From a virus (taxonomy: Duplodnaviria; Caudoviricetes): a DNA stretch of 25,904 nucleotides. The translations under genes and the position numbers were made by a program. Positions 22,968 through 25,904 of the stretch are shown here, piece after piece. Under the pieces are notes generated by a model. The model saw nothing but the letters and a program-made list of their open reading frames with translations, was not told the DNA's origin and did not search any database. The DNA is taken from positions 1-25,904 of IMG/VR virus record IMGVR_UViG_3300025836_000019, one strand, 5' to 3'. Each line of letters opens with the position of its first letter. Position 1 is the first letter of the stretch.

Positions 22968-23222
22968 ATGAGCCAAAAAGCAATACATATTAGTAAAACA
23001 AATAATACTTTTTGGAATAATCCAATTACTATTATTGGCTTTGCTATTCTTGTTTTTGGATCTGGTTTTACTTGTGGTATATATTATCAAAAAAATGAAT
23101 CGAATTTAGAAGCTATAAAAGTATGTGGTGCATATAACAATACTCTAAATGAAGAAAGAAATAAACATACCTTAGATGCTTGTAAATATGAGAATGAAAT
23201 TACAATATTAAAACAAAAGTAA
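22968..23222 (+). CDS. Single-pass membrane protein, 84 aa (accessory)
   Basis: TM segment ITIIGFAILVFGSGFTCGIYY then helical tail; own promoter. Confidence 0.7.
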   Translation: MSQKAIHISKTNNTFWNNPITIIGFAILVFGSGFTCGIYYQKNESNLEAIKVCGAYNNTLNEERNKHTLDACKYENEITILKQK

Positions 23223-23485
23223 ATAAGGCTATTAGAGTGTTTTAAATTCCTATATTGTTTTTGAGAAAAGTGTTGAATTTATTTTAGAAGTTATTAGAAA
23301 TTAATTGATTAAATTTGTAATACATCAAATATACAAATTGAATGCCACATAATTAATTACATATCAAATATATAAGATGAATTCCTTTGTTGGTGAATAA
23401 ATATCAATCTTTAATTCGTTTTCCCAACAATGCACTCAGGTTAAAACGCTTTTTTAATTTTTGCAATATACAACAGGTAATAATA

Positions 23486-23710
23486 ATGGTAATAGTTGAA
23501 TTTATACAGAATCATTTTAAAACTATATGCGCTTCTATAAGTGCATTAGGTTCTATTTATGGTATGTTTAAAAAGAAAACACCTGTAACTAGTAAATCAT
23601 CAAATAAAGTTAGTCCAAAAGTCAAAATTGGAAAACTAGACAGATCAATGAATAAACAGAATAAACCTACATTCAATTTTATTCAAGTCAATATAAATAT
23701 CAATAAATAA
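23486..23710 (+). CDS. Small basic membrane-associated protein, about 74 aa (accessory)
   Basis: ATG 23486 (MVIVEFIQNH) preferred over TTG 23387; TAAATTTG box at 23310-23317. Confidence 0.5.
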   Translation: MVIVEFIQNHFKTICASISALGSIYGMFKKKTPVTSKSSNKVSPKVKIGKLDRSMNKQNKPTFNFIQVNININK

Positions 23711-23737
23711 AGATTTAAGTAGCTTTTCTTTTAGATA

Positions 23738-24274
23738 TTAAAAATCTAATTTGTTTTTATGAAATTTTTTTCTTGTACCATATATACTTTCATATTCAAT
23801 AGATACATCTATTTCTTGAAGCAAAAGACCTATTTTGATTAATTCATTTACATCAAAACAATTTTTTTCATATAAAATAGTTTTTGTAGAAGATGAAATA
23901 TGAGCATTTCCTATATTAATTAAATATTTAGTATCCTTATTTTTATCAAAAGCATTTTTTGAAAATAAATTATTATAGTTATTATATATATATCCATTAT
24001 GTTCAATTTTAAAAGACACAATTTTTGCAGTTCCTAAACCAAAATTTGCAAGTTCTATTTTTATTAAATTATCAGTGAATGATATCTCACTTATTAAGTC
24101 TAATATTGGATCGAGCATTAATTTATTATGTTTAATAGTTTGAATTAAAGTATAAATGCTTATAACAATTGCCACTATTGCACATATAAAACTAGGTTCA
24201 AAAAAAGTTTTATGATTATCTAAAACCAATACTTTTACTGTATCATTCTGTAAAACAGCGTTTAATAATGTCAT
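23738..24274 (-). CDS. Membrane-anchored protein with beta-rich C-terminal domain, 178 aa (accessory)
   Basis: TM FICAIVAIVISIYTLI; NFGLGTA and IEYESIYG segments. Confidence 0.75.
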   Translation of the reverse strand: MTLLNAVLQNDTVKVLVLDNHKTFFEPSFICAIVAIVISIYTLIQTIKHNKLMLDPILDLISEISFTDNLIKIELANFGLGTAKIVSFKIEHNGYIYNNYNNLFSKNAFDKNKDTKYLINIGNAHISSSTKTILYEKNCFDVNELIKIGLLLQEIDVSIEYESIYGTRKKFHKNKLDF

Positions 24275-24352
24275 AATATATTTAGGTTACAATTTAATTA
24301 TAAGAATTACAACTACAATTAATATTTTTCATTTGAATAGAATTGATTATTA

Positions 24353-24802
24353 TTATTTTATATCGTTAACTATCAACATTCTAACTGCAATATAATCTCT
24401 TAATTCTTCATTTGTCATATTTATGTCAATTTTATTTTTCAATTTTGTATATATAGATTGAAGTTCTTCTAATTGATAAATGTTTTGCTCTGAACTTAAA
24501 TACTGAAAATAAATAGTCTTTGAATTTAAAAATTTTCCAAAAATAGAATTTGTTTCTTTAATATATTCTTTAATTTTACTTTCTTCTGAATTATTGATTT
24601 TCAACAAATGTAAATTCATAATTACACCTGAAAACTCAAATAAATTTACTATTAATGAAATTGCAGCATCTTGTTTTTTAGAATAATCATTTTGTCTTTT
24701 CCAAATAAAATACCCTACTAAACCCAATATTCCACCGACAACTAAACCAATAATAATCCCAGATAAAACAGTAGTCCAAAATGTAATGCTATCTATGTAC
24801 AT
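24353..24802 (-). CDS. N-terminal TM plus helical protein, 149 aa (accessory)
   Basis: TM VLSGIIIGLVVGGILGLVGYFIW; own promoter-like motif. Confidence 0.75.
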   Translation of the reverse strand: MYIDSITFWTTVLSGIIIGLVVGGILGLVGYFIWKRQNDYSKKQDAAISLIVNLFEFSGVIMNLHLLKINNSEESKIKEYIKETNSIFGKFLNSKTIYFQYLSSEQNIYQLEELQSIYTKLKNKIDINMTNEELRDYIAVRMLIVNDIK

Positions 24803-24840
24803 AATATTTTTTATATAGTGCTACAAATTAAAGTGTGATA

Positions 24841-25338
24841 TTAGTGTGTTTTTAAATAGAATCATATTCCAAACACTTTGGATATTGTATAAAGTAACAT
24901 TGATAATAATGAAAGTATAGAAGTTATTTTAAATATAGTCCAACATCTCGCATAAAACATATTCGGTTTATTTAATTCACCTTTTGTATTTGTTGATATT
25001 TCTGATTCCATTTTTACAAGTTCTTTCAATATTAAAGTTTCAACTCCAATAGAATTAACTACACCAACATACAAGGCAATAGTACCAAATAATATATTTA
25101 AAGTGAATAAAACAATCGTAGAAATAAATGAATACATTTCTATAAAGTTAACTACTTTCTTGTTATATAATGAAATTAATACGGCTAAAATAGTAGATGA
25201 CATTAGTAGTATTGTTTTGGTAAAATCAGTGATATTAAATATTTTATCTTTAGATGCGGCTTCCAATTTAGTGTTTAAGTTACTTTTACGTGCATAATAA
25301 TTTTCAAAAATCTTTGTAAAGGGTGAAGCTTCTTCCAT
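24841..25338 (-). CDS. Multi-pass membrane protein, 165 aa in code 4 (158 aa if TGA 24862-24864 is a stop)
   Basis: Three hydrophobic helices; TGA followed in frame by FYLKTH-TAA; lies downstream of the promoter in the right inverted repeat. Confidence 0.7.
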
Positions 25339-25359
25339 AATATTAATTTGTTTAGTTAG

Positions 25360-25458
25360 TGCTACAAATGTACAAATAATTATTAAAAAATACTATTATA
25401 TACATTTCAACACCCTTTTACCCATCAAGGTAAGCAACCTTTACCACTTCCAACACAT
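25360..25458 (-). repeat. Right copy of 99-bp perfect inverted repeat
   Basis: Exact reverse complement of 1-99; -7 box at 25365-25372 on the minus strand. Confidence 0.97.
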
Positions 25459-25727
25459 TCATACCATTTAGGTATTATAATCCTGTAGTGAGCCTTATAT
25501 GATGTGTGATGATGTGTTAGTGGTTGTAGTAGTAAGGTGGGATAAAACCAATTAATTAAACCGTTTGATAAATAATTTATTGGATAAGTTGAGATGATAA
25601 GTAGGGTAACAATCCAGCTTTATCTATCTAGGATTATAAGGACTACAACAGATAAAATTATATTGTAAAGGGTTTAATCTAAGTAGAAGATAATAGGTTG
25701 TTTAAGAGGTGGTTATAAGGCATAATA

Positions 25728-25791
25728 GGGGTAGGGGGTTAAATTTGTGGATATGAGGGGGTTATACCTCACCCCTCCCTCCCTTCCACAA
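25728..25791 (+). other. GC-rich dyad motif, candidate cos/packaging site
   Basis: GGGGTAGGGGGTT...TTGTGGA-tat-GAGGGGGT...ACCCCTC...TCCACAA; resembles G-run/C-run motifs near cos in HK97-type phages (pattern recognition only). Confidence 0.45.
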
Positions 25792-25904
25792 TCAGAATTT
25801 TTTGAGAATTTCAAAACTTCCAATTCATTAATATTCAGTATCTTTGCATCCTAAATTATTCTATTCTTTATTAAGTGGGGTTATTTTATAAAGTTTTTTG
25901 AATA

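Larger units (their letters stand above)
1..25904. mobile_element. Near-complete siphophage-like element using TGA=Trp
   Basis: Full head-neck-tail gene set in canonical order plus replication/regulation operon; no host housekeeping genes in window. Confidence 0.9.

Noticed and set aside
25459-25904. Suppressor tRNA-Trp(UCA)
   Set aside because: No cloverleaf or T-loop GTTCRA seen by eye here or in other intergenic gaps; needs tRNAscan-SE to confirm.

Overview
A compact, very AT-rich, near-complete siphophage-like element with an HK97-type head and a long non-contractile tail. Its TAnnTTTG -7 promoter boxes and Shine-Dalgarno-less, A-rich leaders point to a Bacteroidota host. The code-11 ORF track looks shattered, but each break I checked is an in-frame TGA, many at family-conserved Trp positions. 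Read with TGA=Trp (code 4), the window resolves into intact full-length genes ending in TAA/TAG (about 30 in-frame TGA, hand count). The leftward operon encodes RHH, sigma-region-2-like, HNH, SF2 helicase, a small peptide and a PD-(D/E)xK nuclease. The rightward operon runs from terS through the tail fibre to a holin-like gene, followed by a cluster of self-promoted, mostly membrane-associated accessory genes. Tail-tip and fibre genes use almost only TGG. The coding region is bracketed by a perfect 99-bp inverted repeat (1-99 / 25360-25458) carrying a promoter, with a GC-rich cos-like motif beyond the right copy. I could not find a suppressor tRNA, release factor, integrase or endolysin.
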